A DNA stretch of 64,000 nucleotides. It comes from Schmidtea polychroa. Lineage: Eukaryota. The notes under the pieces were generated by a model, which saw only the letters and a list, made by a program, of their open reading frames with translations, did no database searches and was not told where the DNA came from. Positions 1 through 14,575 of this stretch are shown here, piece by piece. The first letter of the stretch is position 1, and the number at the start of each line of letters is the position of its first letter. Made by a program: the position numbers and the translations under genes. The stretch covers positions 3,288,001 to 3,352,000 of the forward strand of contig CM097885.1 in assembly GCA_044892525.1 (NCBI GenBank), written 5' to 3'.

Positions 1-3000
1 AGATAGGGAGATATAGAGATAGGGAGATATAGAGATAGGGAGATATAGAGATAGGGAGATATAGAGATAGGGAGATATAGAGATAGGGAGATATAAAGAT
101 AGGGAGATATAGAGATAGAGATATAGATATAGAGATAGGGAGATATAGAGATAGAGATATAGATATAGATATAGAGAGATAGAGATAGGGAGATAGAGAT
201 AGGGAGATATAGAGATAGGGAGATATAGAGATAGGGAGATATAGAGATAGGGAGATATAGAGATAGGGAGATATAAAGATAGGGAGATATAGAGATAGAG
301 ATATAGATATAGAGATAGGGAGATATAGAGATAGGGAGATATAGAGATAGGGAGATATAGATAGAGATATAGATATAGAGAGATAGGGAGATAGAGATAG
401 GGAGAGATAGAGATAGGGAGATATAGAGATAGGGAGATATAGAGATAGGGAGATATAGAGATAGGGAGATATAGAGATAGGGAGATATAGAGATAGGGAG
501 ATATAGAGATAGAGATATAGATATAGAGATAGGGAGATATAGAGATAGAGATATAGATATAGATATAGAGAGATAGAGATATAGATATAGAGAGATAGAG
601 ATAGGGAGATAGAGATAGGGAGATATAGAGATAGGGAGATATAGAGATAGGGAGATATAGAGATAGGGAGATATAGAGATAGGGAGATATAAAGATAGGG
701 AGATATAGAGATAGAGATATAGATATAGAGATAGGGAGATATAGAGATAGGGAGATATAGAGATAGGGAGATATAGAGAGAGATAGAGATATAGATATAG
801 AGAGATAGGGAGATAGAGATAGAGATATAGATATAGAGAGATAGGGAGATAGAGATAGGGAGATAGAGATAGGGAGATATAGAGATAGGGAGATAGAGAT
901 AGGGAGATATAGAGATAGGGAGATAGAGATAGAGATATAGATATAGAGATAGGGAGATATAGAGATAGGGAGATATAGAGATAGGGAGATATAGAGATAG
1001 GGAGATATAGAGATAGGGAGATATAGAGATAGGGAGATATAGAGATAGGGAGATATAAAGATAAGGAGATATAGAGATAGAGATATAGATATAGAGATAG
1101 GGAGATATAGAGGTAGAGATATAGATATAGATATAGAGAGATAGAGATAGGGAGATAGAGATAGGGAGATATAGAGATAGGGAGATATAGAGATAGGGAG
1201 ATATAGAGATAGGGAGATATAGAGATAGGGAGATATAAAGATAGGGAGATATAGAGATAGAGATATAGATATAGAGATAGGGAGATATAGAGATAGGGAG
1301 ATATAAAGATAGGGAGATATAGAGATAGAGATATAGATATAGAGATAGGGAGATATAGAGATAGGGAGATATAGAGATAGGGAGATATAGAGATAGGGAG
1401 ATATAGAGAGAGATAGAGATATAGATATAGAGAGATAGGGAGATAGAGATAGGGAGATAGAGATAAAGAGAGATATAGAGATATAGAGAGAAATATAGAT
1501 AGAGAGATATAGATAGAGATATATAGAGATAGAGATAGAGATAGGGAGATATAGAGATAGAGATAGGGAGATAGAGATAGGGAGATAGAGATAGGGAGAT
1601 ATAGAGATAGAGATTGAGATAGAGATAGAGATATAGAGAGATAGAGATAGGGAGATATAGAGATAGAGATAGAGATATAGAGAGATAGAGATAGGGAGAT
1701 ATAGAGATAGAGATAGAGATATAGAGATAGAGATATAGAGATAGAGATATAGATATAGAGAGAGAGATATAGAGATAGAGATATAGAGAGAGAGAGAGAG
1801 AGAGAGAGATAGGGAGATAGAGATAGGGAGATAGAGATAGGGAGATATAGAGATAGGGAGATATAGAGATAGGGAGATATAGAGATAGGGAGATATAGAG
1901 ATAGGGAGATATAGAGATAGGGAGATATAGAGATAGGGAGATATAGAGATAGGGAGATATAGAGATAGGGAGATATAGAGATAGGGAGATAGGGAGATAG
2001 GGAGATATAGAGATAGGGAGATATAGAGATAGGGAGATATAGAGATAGGGAGATATAGAGATAGGGAGATATAGAGATAGGGAGATATAGAGATAGGGAG
2101 ATATAGAGATAGAGATATAGATATAGATATAGAGAGATAGAGATATAGATATAGAGAGATAGAGATAGGGAGATAGAGATAGGGAGATATAGATATAGGG
2201 AGATATAGAGATAGGGAGATATAGAGATAGGGAGATATAGAGATAGGGAGATATAGAGATAGGGAGATATAGAGATAGGGAGATAGAGATAGAGATATAG
2301 ATATAGAGAGATAGGGAGATAGAGATAGGGAGATAGAGATAGGGAGATATAGAGATAGGGAGATATAGAGATAGGGAGATAGAGATAGAGATATAGATAT
2401 AGAGATAGGGAGATATAGAGATAGGGAGATATAGAGATAGGGAGATATAGAGATAGAGAGATATAGAGATAGGGAGATATAGAGATAGGGAGATATAGAG
2501 ATAGGGAGATATAGAGATAGGGAGATATAGAGATAGGGAGATATAGAGATAGGGAGATATAGAGATAGAGATAGGGAGATATAGAGATAGAGATATAGAT
2601 ATAGATATAGAGAGATAGAGATATAGATATAGAGAGATAGAGATAGGGATATAGAGATAGGGAGATAGAGATAGGGAGATAGAGATAGGGAGATAGAGAT
2701 ATAGAGATAGGGAGATATAGAGATAGGGAGATATAGAGATAGGGAGATATAGAGATAAGGAGATATAGAGATAGGGAGATATAAAGATAGGGAGATATAG
2801 AGATAGGGAGATATAGAGATAGGGAGATATAGAGATAGGGAGATATAGAGATAGAGATATAGATATAGAGATAGGGAGATATAGAGATAGGGAGATATAG
2901 AGATAGGGAGATATAGAGAGAGATAGAGATATAGATATAGAGAGATAGGGAGATAGAGATAGGGAGATAGAGATATAGAGAGATAGAGATAGGGAGATAG

Positions 3001-6000
3001 AGATAGGGAGATATAGAGATTGGGAGATATAGAGATAGGGAGATAGAGATAGGGAGATATAGAGATAGGGAGATATAGAGATAGGGAGATATAGAGATAG
3101 GGAGATATAGAGATAGGGAGATATAGAGATAGGGAGATATAGAGATAGAGATAGGGAGATATAGAGATAGAGATATAGATATAGATATAGAGAGATAGAG
3201 ATATAGATATAGAGAGATAGAGATAGGGAGATAGAGATAGGGAGATAGAGATAGGGAGATAGAGATAGGGAGATAGAGATATAGAGATAGGGAGATATAG
3301 AGATAGGGAGATATAGAGATAGGGAGATATAGAGATAAGGAGATATAGAGATAGGGAGATATAAAGATAGGGAGATATAGAGATAGAGATATAGATATAG
3401 AGATAGGGAGATATAGAGATAGGGAGATATAGAGATAGGGAGATATAGAGAGAGATAGAGATATAGATATAGAGAGATAGGGAGATAGGGAGATAGAGAT
3501 ATAGAGAGATAGAGATAGGGAGATAGAGATAGGGAGATATAGATATAGGGAGATATAGAGATAGGGAGATATAGAGATAGGGAGATATAGAGATAGGGAG
3601 ATATAGAGATAGGGAGATATAGAGATAGGGAGATGTAGAGATAGGGAGATATAGAGATAGGGAGATATAGAGATAGGGAGATAGAGATAGAGATATAGAT
3701 ATAGAGAGATAGGGAGATAGAGATAGGGAGATAGAGATAGGGAGATATAGAGATAGGGAGATATAGAGATAGGGAGATAGAGATAGAGATATAGAGATAG
3801 GGAGATATAGAGATAGGGAGATATAGAGATAGGGAGATATAGAGATAGAGATATAGATATAGAGATAGGGAGATATAGAGATAGAGATATAGAGAGATAG
3901 AGATAGGGAGATAGTGATAGGGAGATATAGAGATAGGGAGATATAGAGATAGGGAGATATAAAGATAGGGAGATATAGAGATAGAGATATAGATATAGAG
4001 ATAGGGAGATATAGAGATAGGGAGATAGAGATAGGGAGATATAGAGATAGAGATAGGGAGATAGAGATATAGATATAGAGAGATAGAGATAGGGAGATAT
4101 AGAGATAGGGAGATATAGAGATAGGGAGATATAGAGATAGGGAGATATAGAGATAGGGAGATATAGAGATAGAGATAGGGAGATAGAGATAGGGAGATAT
4201 AGAGATAGAGATAGGGAGATATAGAGATAGGGAGATAGAGATAGGGAGATATAGAGATAGGGAGATATAGAGATAGAGATATAGAGATAGAGATATAGAT
4301 ATAGAGAGATAGAGATAGGGAGATAGATATAGAGATAGAGATAGGGAGATATAGAGATAGAGATAGAGATAGAGATATAGATATAGAGAGATAGAGATAG
4401 GGAAATAGAGATAGGGAGATAGAGATATAGATATAGAGAGATAGAGATAGAGATAGAGATAGAGAGATATAGAGATAGAGATATAGAGATAGAGATAGGG
4501 AGATAGAGATAGGGAGATATAGAGATAGAGATAGGGAGATAAAGATATAGATATAGAGAGATAGAGATAGGGAGATAGAGATAGGGAGATAGAGATAGGG
4601 AGATAGAGATAGGGAGATATAGAGATAGAGATATAGAGATAGAGATATAGAGAGATAGAGATATAGAGATAGGGAGATAGAGATAGAGATAGAGATATAG
4701 ATATAGAGAGATAGAGATAGGGAGATAGAGATAGGGAGATATAGAGATATAGGGAGATAGAGATAGAGATATAGAGATAGAGATAGGGAGATATAGAGAT
4801 AGAGATATAGAGAGATAGAGATATAGGGAGATAGAGATATAGATATAGAGATAGAGATAGGGAGATATAGAGATAGAGAGAGATAGGGAGATAGAGATAT
4901 AGATATAGAGAGATAGAGATAGGGGGATATAGAGATAGAGATAGAGATATAGAGATAGAGATATAGAGATAGGGAGATAGAGATATAGATAGAGGGAGAT
5001 AGAGAGGGAGATATAGAGATAGAGATATAGAGATATAGATAGAGATAGAGAGATAAAGAGAGATATAGAGATATAGAGAAATATAGATAGAGAGATATAG
5101 ATAGAGATATAGAGATAGAGATATAGAGATAGAGATAGGGAGATATAGATAGGGAGATAGAGAGGGAGATATAGAGATAGAGATATAGAGATATAGATAG
5201 AGATAGAGAGATAAAGAGAGATATAGAGATATAGAGAAATATAGATAGAGAGATATAGATAGAGATATAGAGATAGAGATATAGAGATAGAGATAGGGAG
5301 ATAAAGATATAGAGATAGGGAGATATAGATATAGAGAGATAGAGATAGGGAGATAGAGATAGGGAGATATAGAGATAGAGATAGAGATAGAGATAGAGAT
5401 ATAGAGAGATAGAGATAGGGAGATATAGAGATAGAGATAGTGATAGGGAGATAGAGATATAGATATAGAGAGATAGAGATAGGGAGATATAGAGATAGAG
5501 ATAGATATAGATATAGGGAGATAGAGAGGGAGATATAGAGATAGAGATATAGAGATATAGATAGAGATAGAGAGATAGAGATAGGGAGATATAGAGATAG
5601 AGATATAGAGATAGAGATATAGATATAGAGAGATAGGGAGATAGAGATAGGGAGATAGAGATAGGGAGATATAGAGATAGAGAAATAGAGATAGGGAGAT
5701 AGAGATAGGGAGATAGAGATAGGGAGATAGAGATAGGGAGATAGAGATAGGGAGATAGAGATAGGGAGATATAGAGATAGGGAGATATAGAGATAGGGAG
5801 ATATAGAGATAGGGAGATATAGAGATAGGGAGATATAGAGATAGGGAGATATAGAGATAGGGAGATAGAGATAGAGATATAGATATAGAGAGATAGGGAG
5901 ATAGAGATAGGGAGAAAGAGATAGGGAGATAGAGATAGGGAGATAGAGATAGGGAGATATAGAGATAGGGAGATATAGAGATAGGGAGATATAGAGATAG

Positions 6001-8585
6001 GGAGATATAGAGATAGGGAGATATAGAGATAGGGAGATATAGAGATAGGGAGATATAGAGATAGGGAGATATAGAGATAGGGAGATATAGAGATATAGAT
6101 ATAGATATAGACAGATAGAGATATAGATATAGAGAGATAGAGATAGGGAGATAGAGATAGGGAGATAGAGATAGGGAGATATAGAGATAGGGAGATATAG
6201 AGATAGGGAGATATAGAGATAGGGAGATATAGAGATAGGGAGATATAGAGATAGGGAGATATAAAGATAGGGAGATATAGAGATAGAGATATAGATATAG
6301 AGATAGGGAGATATAGAGATAGGGAGATATAGAGATAGGGAGATATAGAGAGAGATAGAGATATAGATATAGAGAGATAGGGAGATAGAGATAGGGAGAT
6401 AGAGATATAGAGAGATAGAGATAGGGAGATAGAGATAGGGAGATATAGAGATAGGGAGATATAGAGATAGGGAGATATAGAGATAGGGAGATATAGAGAT
6501 AGGGAGATATAAAGATAGGGAGATATAGAGATAGAGATATAGATATAGAGATAGGGAGATATAGAGATAGGGAGATATAGAGATAGGGAGATATAGAGAG
6601 AGATAGAGATATAGATATAGAGAGATAGGGAGATAGAGATAGAGATATAGATATAGAGAGATAGGGAGATAGAGATAGGGAGATAGAGATAGGGAGATAT
6701 AGAGATAGGGAGATATAGAGATAGGGAGATAGAGATAGAGATATAGATATAGAGATAGGGAGATATAGAGATAGGGAGATATAGAGATAGGGAGATATAG
6801 AGATAGGGAGACATAGAGATAGGGAGATATAGAGATAGAGATATAGATATAGAGATAGGGAGATATAGAGATAGAGATATAGATATAGATATAGAGAGAT
6901 AGAGATAGGGAGATAGAGATAGGGAGATATAGAGATAGGGAGATATAGAGATAGGGAGATATAGAGATAGGGAGATATAGAGATAGGGAGATATAAAGAT
7001 AGGGAGATATAGAGATAGAGATATAGATATAGAGATAGGGAGATATAGAGATAGGGAGATATAGAGAGAGATAGAGATATAGATATAGAGAGATAGGGAG
7101 ATAGAGATAGGGAGATAGAGATAGGGAGAGATAGAGATAGGGAGATAGAGATAGGGAGATATAGAAATAGGGAGATATAGAGATAGGGAGATATAGAGAT
7201 AGGGAGATATAGAGATAGGGAGATATAGAGATAGGGAGATATAGAGATAGGGAGATATAGAGATAGGGAGATATAGAGATAGGGAGATAGAGATAGGGAG
7301 ATATAGAGATAGAGATAGGGAGATAGAGATATAGATATAGAGAGATAGAGATATAGATATAGAGAGATAGAGATAGGGAGATAGAGATAGGGAGATAGAG
7401 ATAGGGAGATATAGAGATAGGGAGATATAGAGATAGGGAGATATAGAGATAGGGAGATATAGAGATAGGGAAATATAGAGATAGGGACATATAGAGATAG
7501 AGATATAGATATAGAGAGATAGAGATAGGGAGATAGCGATAGAGATAGAGATATAGAGATAGGGAGATAGAGATAGGGAGATATAGAGATAGGGAGATAT
7601 AGAGATAGGGAGATATAGAGATAGGGAGATATAGAGATAGGGAGATATAGAGATAGGGACATATAGAGATATAGATATAGAGAGATAGAGATAGGGAGAT
7701 AGCGATAGAGATAGAGATATAGAGATAGGGAGATAGAGATAGGGAGATATAGAGATAGGGAGATATAGAGATAGGGAGATATAGAGATAGGAACATATAG
7801 AGATATAGATATAGAGAGATAGAGATAGGGAGATAGCGATAGAGATAGAGATATAGAGATAGGGAGATAGAGATATAGATATAGAGAGATAGGGAGATAG
7901 AGATAGGGAGATAGAGATAGGGAGATAGAGATAGAGAGATAGAGATAGGGAGATATAGAGATAGGGAGATATAGAGATAGGGAGATATAGATATAGAGAT
8001 AGGGAGATATAGAGATAGAGATATAGATATAGAGAGATAGAGATAGGGAGATAGCGATAGAGATAGAGATATAGAGATAGGGAGATAGAGATAGGGAGAT
8101 ATAGAGATAGGGAGATATAGAGATAGGGAGATAGAGATAGGGAGATAGAGATAGGGAGATATAGATATAGGGAGATATAGAGATAGGGACATATAGAGAT
8201 AGAGATATAGATATAGAGAGATAGAGATAGGGAGATAGCGATAGAGATAGAGATATAGAGATAGGGAGATAGAGATAGGGAGATATAGAGATAGGGAGAT
8301 ATAGAGATAGGGAGATAGAGATAGGGAGATATAGAGATAGGGAGATATAGAGAGAGATAGAGATATAGATATATAGAGATAGGGAGATATAGAGATAGGG
8401 AGATATAGAGATAGGGAGATATAGAGATAGGGAGATAGAGATAGGGAGATATAGAGATAGGGAGATATAGAGATAGGGAGATATAGAGATAGAGATAGAG
8501 ATATAGATATAGAGAGATAGAGATAGGGAGATAGCGATAGAGATAGAGATATAGAGATAGGGAGATATAAATATAGAATAATAGA
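1..8585. repeat. Purine-rich low-complexity satellite (AGATAGGGAGATAT and AGAT/AG/AT variants) filling a CEP290 intron; truncated by the window edge
   Basis: Continuous 12-14 bp modules of AGAT, AGGG, AT and AG with almost no C on the + strand. It ends a few bases from the minus-strand GT donor at 8591-8592. Confidence 0.97.
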
Positions 8586-8592
8586 CATTTAC

Positions 8593-9809
8593 CCGTCTCA
8601 TTGCCTGCTCCATCTCCTGCATTGCTGAATACCTGCGTATGAGAGCAGTTTCATTCACCTTCAATACTGTGACCTGCCTAGATAAATCAGCCAATCTCCT
8701 CCTCAACTCTGATTCATCCTGATTCAGCGTATCCAATAAGCGATCGAATTCACCGATCCTAGCATTATCCTCCGATCTGATTCCCTCGATATCCTTCAAT
8801 CTCGACTGCAGCGCGTGAATCTCCTGCTCATATTTGTCCTTCTCATCTCCATATTGCCTATATAATAATCCCTGTCTGTGCCTGAGGAATGCAAATTTCC
8901 GCCTGTAATTCTCCATAACTCTGTCAGCCTTATCCAGTGCTTGATCCTTCAATCCGTTCTCGTGTAATATGCCGATCAGGCGGTGATTCAGTGCGGCAAT
9001 TATCTGATTGGCCGATGCAGGCAACCCGTGCCCAGGAGGGAGGAGCCCCTGAATATATGTGGCATGATCTGGATCTGGATCTGCATCATCATAGCCATGA
9101 TCGGGATATGATATCGCCTTCAATCGCTCCCTCGTCCTCTCGTGCTCCAGCTGCAATTGCTGATAATCGATCCGTGAGTTCCTCAGCTCGCTCCGCAGCT
9201 CCTCATTCCGCCCCTCCAGGTTATCGATCCGCGCCTTCACATACACACCAGTGTCAAAGTCCCCCAGCAGCTTCTTGGTCTCCATGGCCACCAGCAACCT
9301 GTCTAGCGCAGGGCACTCGATGAGGGGGTTACCGACAGTGGAGCTGTTCCTGGTTACCAACTCCTCCTTCAATTGCCGCAAGCCTTCAAGCATGGCATCA
9401 TTCTCAGCCAATAACTGCTTGTTCTTAGTCACCAATATCGCTATTTCATCCTCCTTTATTGCCCTGTCCTTCACAGCCTTCACTAGCTCGCCATTCATCT
9501 CCCGCTCCTACACAATGACACCGCACCGATTATCGCATCAATTACTATACCATCATGCGTGCTTACCTTGATTCTCCACATGTTGTTACTCGCCTGTGCT
9601 GGAGCACTCTCGTATCTCCTAGCCACAGATTGAGTCATCACCTCCTCTGACCCAATATTCTGCATCGAGCTCTCCAGTTCCAGCGCTTTGTATTCCTCCA
9701 TCACATCACCAGCTTCCATACCAGCTGATCCAGCACGCAGTCCAGCTTGTCTAGCTAGCATTCGGACTTTCTTTTTCAGCAACAGCCTTTCATCTTCCAA
9801 TTTCTCAAT
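8593..9809 (-). CDS. CEP290: Centrosomal protein CEP290, exons 7-8 (9567-9809, 8593-9507); gene continues beyond window start
   Basis: Manual translation gives IEKLEDERLLLKKKVRMLA..., CPALDRLLVAMETK...KARIDNLEGRNEELRSELR, YRRKFAFLRHRQGLLYRQY and SRQVTVLKVNETALIRRY. These match recalled CEP290 motifs (IESLEEERLDLKKKIR, GRNEELRQELR, KFAVIRHQQSLLY, LQVNEKSLIRQY). GT-AG phase-0 introns. Confidence 0.93.
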
Positions 9810-9829
9810 CTAGGATTATAATTTTATTA

Positions 9830-10905
9830 CAACATCAATGATAATATCAATGATAATATCAATGATAATATCAATGATAATATCAATTATAACATCAATG
9901 ATAATATCAATTATAGCATCAATTATAATATCAATGATTATATCAATTATTAATATCAATTATAATATCAATTATAATATCAATGATAATATCAATTATA
10001 ATATCAATTATAATATCAATTATAATATCAATGATAATATCAATTATAACATCAATGATAATATCAATTATAGCATCAATTATAATATCAATGATTATAT
10101 CAATTATTAATATCAATTATAATATCAATTATAATATCAATGATAATATCAATTATAATATCAATTATAACATCAATGATAATATCAATTATAGCATCAA
10201 TTATAATATCAATGATTATATCAATTATTAATATCAATTATAATATCAATTATAATATCAATGATAATATCAATTATAATATCAATGATAATATCAATGA
10301 TTATATCAATGATAATATCAATTATAATATCAATGATAATATCAATTATAATATCAATTATAACATCAATTATAATATCAATTATAATATCAATTATAAC
10401 ATCAATGATAATATCAATTATAGCATCAATTATAATATCAATGATTATATCAATTATTAATATCAATTATAACATCAATGATAATATTAATTATAATATC
10501 AATGATAATATCAATGATTATATCAATGATAATATCAATTATAATATCAATGATAATATCAATTATAATATCAATTATAATATCAATGATAATATCAATG
10601 ATAATATCAATGATTATATCAATTATAATATCAATTATAATATAAATGATTATATCAATTATAATATCAATGATTATCAATTATAATATCAATTATAATA
10701 TCAATTATAATATCAATTATAATATCAATGATAATATCAATTATAACATCAATTATAATATCAATGATTATATCAATTATAATATCAATGATAATATCAA
10801 TGATAATATCAATGATTATATCAATTATAATATCAATGATAATATCAATGATAATATCAAGTATAACATCAAGTATAATATCAATGATTATATCAATTAT
10901 AATAT
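9830..10905. repeat. 12-bp minisatellite (ATCAATTATAAT / ATCAATGATAAT)
   Basis: Directly visible tandem array; it produces the spurious I/N/Y/D/S ORFs in the track. Confidence 0.97.
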
Positions 10906-12452
10906 TGTTGGGCTGAGTCGAAAACATAATCGCCAAAATTAAGACAGATAGGAGGAGAATAAAATAAAAATAGGACAACAAATTTTAAAATAAACCAATC
11001 AAGATATAAAAGAAACAATAAAGTAAGATATAAAGATTAAAACAAAAAATAAAAAATGAGAAAATTAAAATAAGATAATAAGATAATGAATAAAATGACG
11101 AAAAACGCAACAAATAACGAGGAATTTAAGAAACAAATAAAAAATATTAAAAAAATAAAGGAAAATAAGGAAAACAACCAAAGAAATAAGAAAAACAAAT
11201 TAATTTAAAAATTAAAGCGGTACTCGATTTTGATTGGTCCGCATAAACGAAAAATGCATATATAAGTAAACAGCAAACTTATTATAGTTACTGTTAAACC
11301 AAACCATTTACAGGTAAGAAATAATGACAAATAACGACTGTTAAACCAAACCATTTACAGGTACTCGACTATCCAGACAGTCACCGGACATTCAGAAAAC
11401 AGACGACTACTAGGAACAACTATAACTTCGATCTAACACTATAACCGATTTAATTAGCTTTTCGGCTCAGCCTTTTGGAATCACCGATTTACGAACGATA
11501 AGTAAGAATGTGTTTATATTGTGAAATTGCGTAAATGTTTTTCGAAGTTAAAAATATTTTTAGTATATCAATTTAACAGATTTTAATAAACCTTCTTCAT
11601 TCGATCTCACTTTTTTAATATTAATGCGTGTTTATGATTAAATCCAAAAACTAATGGTAGATGAATATTTATGATATGTTTTTATATTCGAGTTGTATTG
11701 GTCATAAAACAAAATTATATTTGAGAAACGTGGAGTTGAGGAGACCCATACCATGGTGTGAGGAGCCTTCGGGAGCTCAGCCGGTGGGTATGGACCTCTT
11801 CAATCACGCAGCTGACGTGGGCCGGAATGTGGGGGCTTCCTCACGGGTCCGTCGCTGAAGGTAATAAAATTCTGCAAGAAATAGTTGAAAGTGGAGTGGA
11901 GTACATTTCAAAGTTGAAAAGAGGAGGATAATCGTAACTGACAATGACTGAGGTGGCTACGAACTTTTTATTTATCAAAACCTCGTTATTCTTAGATACC
12001 ACACTCTGCAATTCTCGTCTGACATCAGTAATTAGTCTGTATCGTCTATTCGCATCAACCGACACTCCATCATCTAGCTATAAACTACTCTTCTGTCAAG
12101 ACTAACGTCAATTTTCATCTGAAGTAAAAGGAACTGAGTGCTAATATATTCACTCGGACGTTATACAATAGCATAGTGAGTATAAATGAAGTCCCTTCAG
12201 TAAAAGATATCTCCGACCGGTCCGTAATTATAACTTCTTTTCTGTTGAATTATTAGCAATACATTAAAAGTAACGTATAGCTTGCATATAAATTAATAAA
12301 TAAGTATGCCACCATGATGGTTTAGTAGAAATAGCTGACTTTGTTTTTATATATTTTTTTTACTATTCTTTCCTCGTTATAGTTATTGAGAATGTTGCCA
12401 AACACGAAGTCTTCTCTCAAACCTTGCTTCTCCTGCGCCGACAAAAACACCA
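10906..12452 (+). mobile_element. ~1.55-kb non-coding insertion splitting the 12-bp array; possible solo LTR
   Basis: Sharp boundaries TGTTG...ACACCA (TG..CA). ATTGG box ~11233, TATATAA ~11259, AATAAA at ~11585 and ~12295, internal 27-bp direct repeat ACTGTTAAACCAAACCATTTACAGGTA. No clean TSD resolved. Confidence 0.45.
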
Positions 12453-13085
12453 TTATATCAATTATTAATATCAATTATAATATCAATTATAATATCAATG
12501 ATAATATCAATTATAGCATCAATTATAATATCAATGATTATATCAATGATAATATCAATTATAATATCAATTATAATATCAATGATAATATCAATGATTA
12601 TATCAATGATTATATCAATTATAATATCAATTATAATATCAATGATTATATCAATTATAATATCAATGATTATATCAATTATAATATCAATGATAATATC
12701 AATTATAATATCAATTATAATATCAATTATAATATCAATTATAATATCAATGATAATATCAATTATAGCATCAATTATAATATCAATGATTATATCAATG
12801 ATAATATCAATTATAATATCAATGATAATATCAATGATTATATCAATGATTATATCAATTATAATATCAATTATAATATCAATGATTATATCAATTATAA
12901 TATCAATGATTATATCAATTATAATATCAATGATAATATCAATTATAATATCAATTATAATATCAATTATAATATCAATTATAATATCAATGATAATATC
13001 AATGATTATATCAACTATAATATCAATTATAATATCAATTATAATATCAATTATAATATCAATTATAATATCAATTATAGTATAA
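12453..13085. repeat. 12-bp minisatellite, continuation
   Basis: Same unit as 9830-10905. A few more copies reappear at ~30720-30760, beyond the giant element. Confidence 0.97.
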
Positions 13086-13242
13086 AATTATGATTGCTAG
13101 TAGGTAGATAGTGGCCTACGGGAACAATTACCCCCCCCCCGGGGGGGGGGGGGGGGGGTTTGTTCCCAAATTTTTATTACGCAATTGTTCCCAACTCATT
13201 TTTTTGCTTTCAGGAATTTTTGGTCCAAATTTTTTTTTATCA

Positions 13243-14575
13243 CACTATAGTGAGGGGGTCTCGATGGTCCTGGGATTTTCAATGCAAAAAAAATTTTTCT
13301 ATACAAAAACGATGGTCCTGGGATTTTCAATACAAAAAAAATTTTTCTATACAAAAATCCGACTACCACTAAAAAAGCATGGAATTTTCACACTATAGTG
13401 AGGGGGTCTCGATGGTCCTGGGATTTTCAATACAAATAAAATTTTTTCTATACAAAAACGATGGTCCTGGGATTTTCAATACAAATAAAATTTTTTCAAT
13501 ACAAAAAGGCGGTCTCACTAAAAAAGCATGGAATTTTCAGACTATAGTGAGGGGGTCTCGATGGTCCTGGGATTTTCAATACAAAAAAATTTTTCTATAC
13601 AAAAACGATGGTCCTGGGATTTTCAATACAAAAAATTTTTTTCTATACAAAAATCCGACTATCAATAAAAAAGCATGGTAATTTAAGGTCTCAGGATATT
13701 TTCAATACAAAAAGCCGGTCTACACTAAAAAAGCCAAGGATTTTTCAGACTATAGTGAGGTGAGTCTCCTTGGTTCTGAGAAATAGGTGGTCTACACTAA
13801 AAAAAACGTGGTAATTTAAGGTCTCAGGATATTTTCAATACAAAAATCCGACTACCACTAAAAAAGCCAAGGATTTTTCAGACTATAGTGAGGTGAGTCT
13901 TCAATAAAGAAGCATGGTAATTTAAGGTCTCAGGATATTTTCAATACAAAAATCCGACTATCAATAAAAAAGCATAGATTTTTCGAATTAAATTAAGGTG
14001 GGTCTCCTTGGACCTGAGAATTTCAATACAAATAGGTGGTCTTCAATAAAGAAGCATGGTAATTTAAGGTCTCAGGATATTTTCAATACAAAAATCCGAC
14101 TATCAATAAAAAAGCATGGTAATTTAAGGTCTCAGGATATTTTCAATACAAAAAGGCGGTCTTCAATAAAGAAGCACGGTAATTTAAGGTCTCAGGATAT
14201 TTTCAATACAAAAATCCGACTATCAATAAAAAAGCATGGTAATTTAAGGTCTTAGGATATTTTCAATACAAAAAGGTGGTCTTCAATAAAAAAAGCATGG
14301 TAATTTAAGGTCTCAGGATATTTTCAATACAAAAATCCGATTGTCACTAAAAAAGCATGGATTTTTCTAGGTCAATTCAGGTGGGTCTCCTTGGTCCTGA
14401 GAATTTCAATAGAAAAAGGCGGTATTCAATAAAAAAGCATGGTAATTTAAGGTCTCAGGATATTTTCAATACAAATAGGCGGTCTACACTAAAAAAACCA
14501 AGGATTTTTCAGACTATAGTGAGGTGAGTCTCCTTGGACCTGAGAAAAAGGTGGTCTACACTGAAAAACGTGGTA
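13243..14575. repeat. Subterminal ~33-bp and ~60-bp tandem repeats of the left arm (mirrored at ~29765-30462)
   Basis: Repeated units CTATAGTGAGGGGGTCTCGATGGTCCTGGGATTTTCAATACAAAA and AAAGCATGGTAATTTAAGGTCTCAGGATATTTTCAATACAAAA. Confidence 0.9.

Noticed and set aside
1..9507. Stop-free minus-strand frame running from CEP290 exon 8 through the whole satellite
   Set aside because: The satellite's composition essentially cannot form stop codons on that strand, and a good GT donor exists at 8591-8592.
9838..13093. Many Ile/Asn/Tyr/Asp-rich ORFs
   Set aside because: They are translations of the 12-bp minisatellite.
13111..14255. Short ORFs in the terminal repeats (and mirrors at 29850-30375)
   Set aside because: Repeat-derived; no integrase, PolB, ATPase or capsid motifs.
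13243..14575. CRISPR-like appearance of regularly spaced repeats
   Set aside because: The intervening sequences are themselves repeated, there are no cas genes, and the context is a eukaryotic intron.
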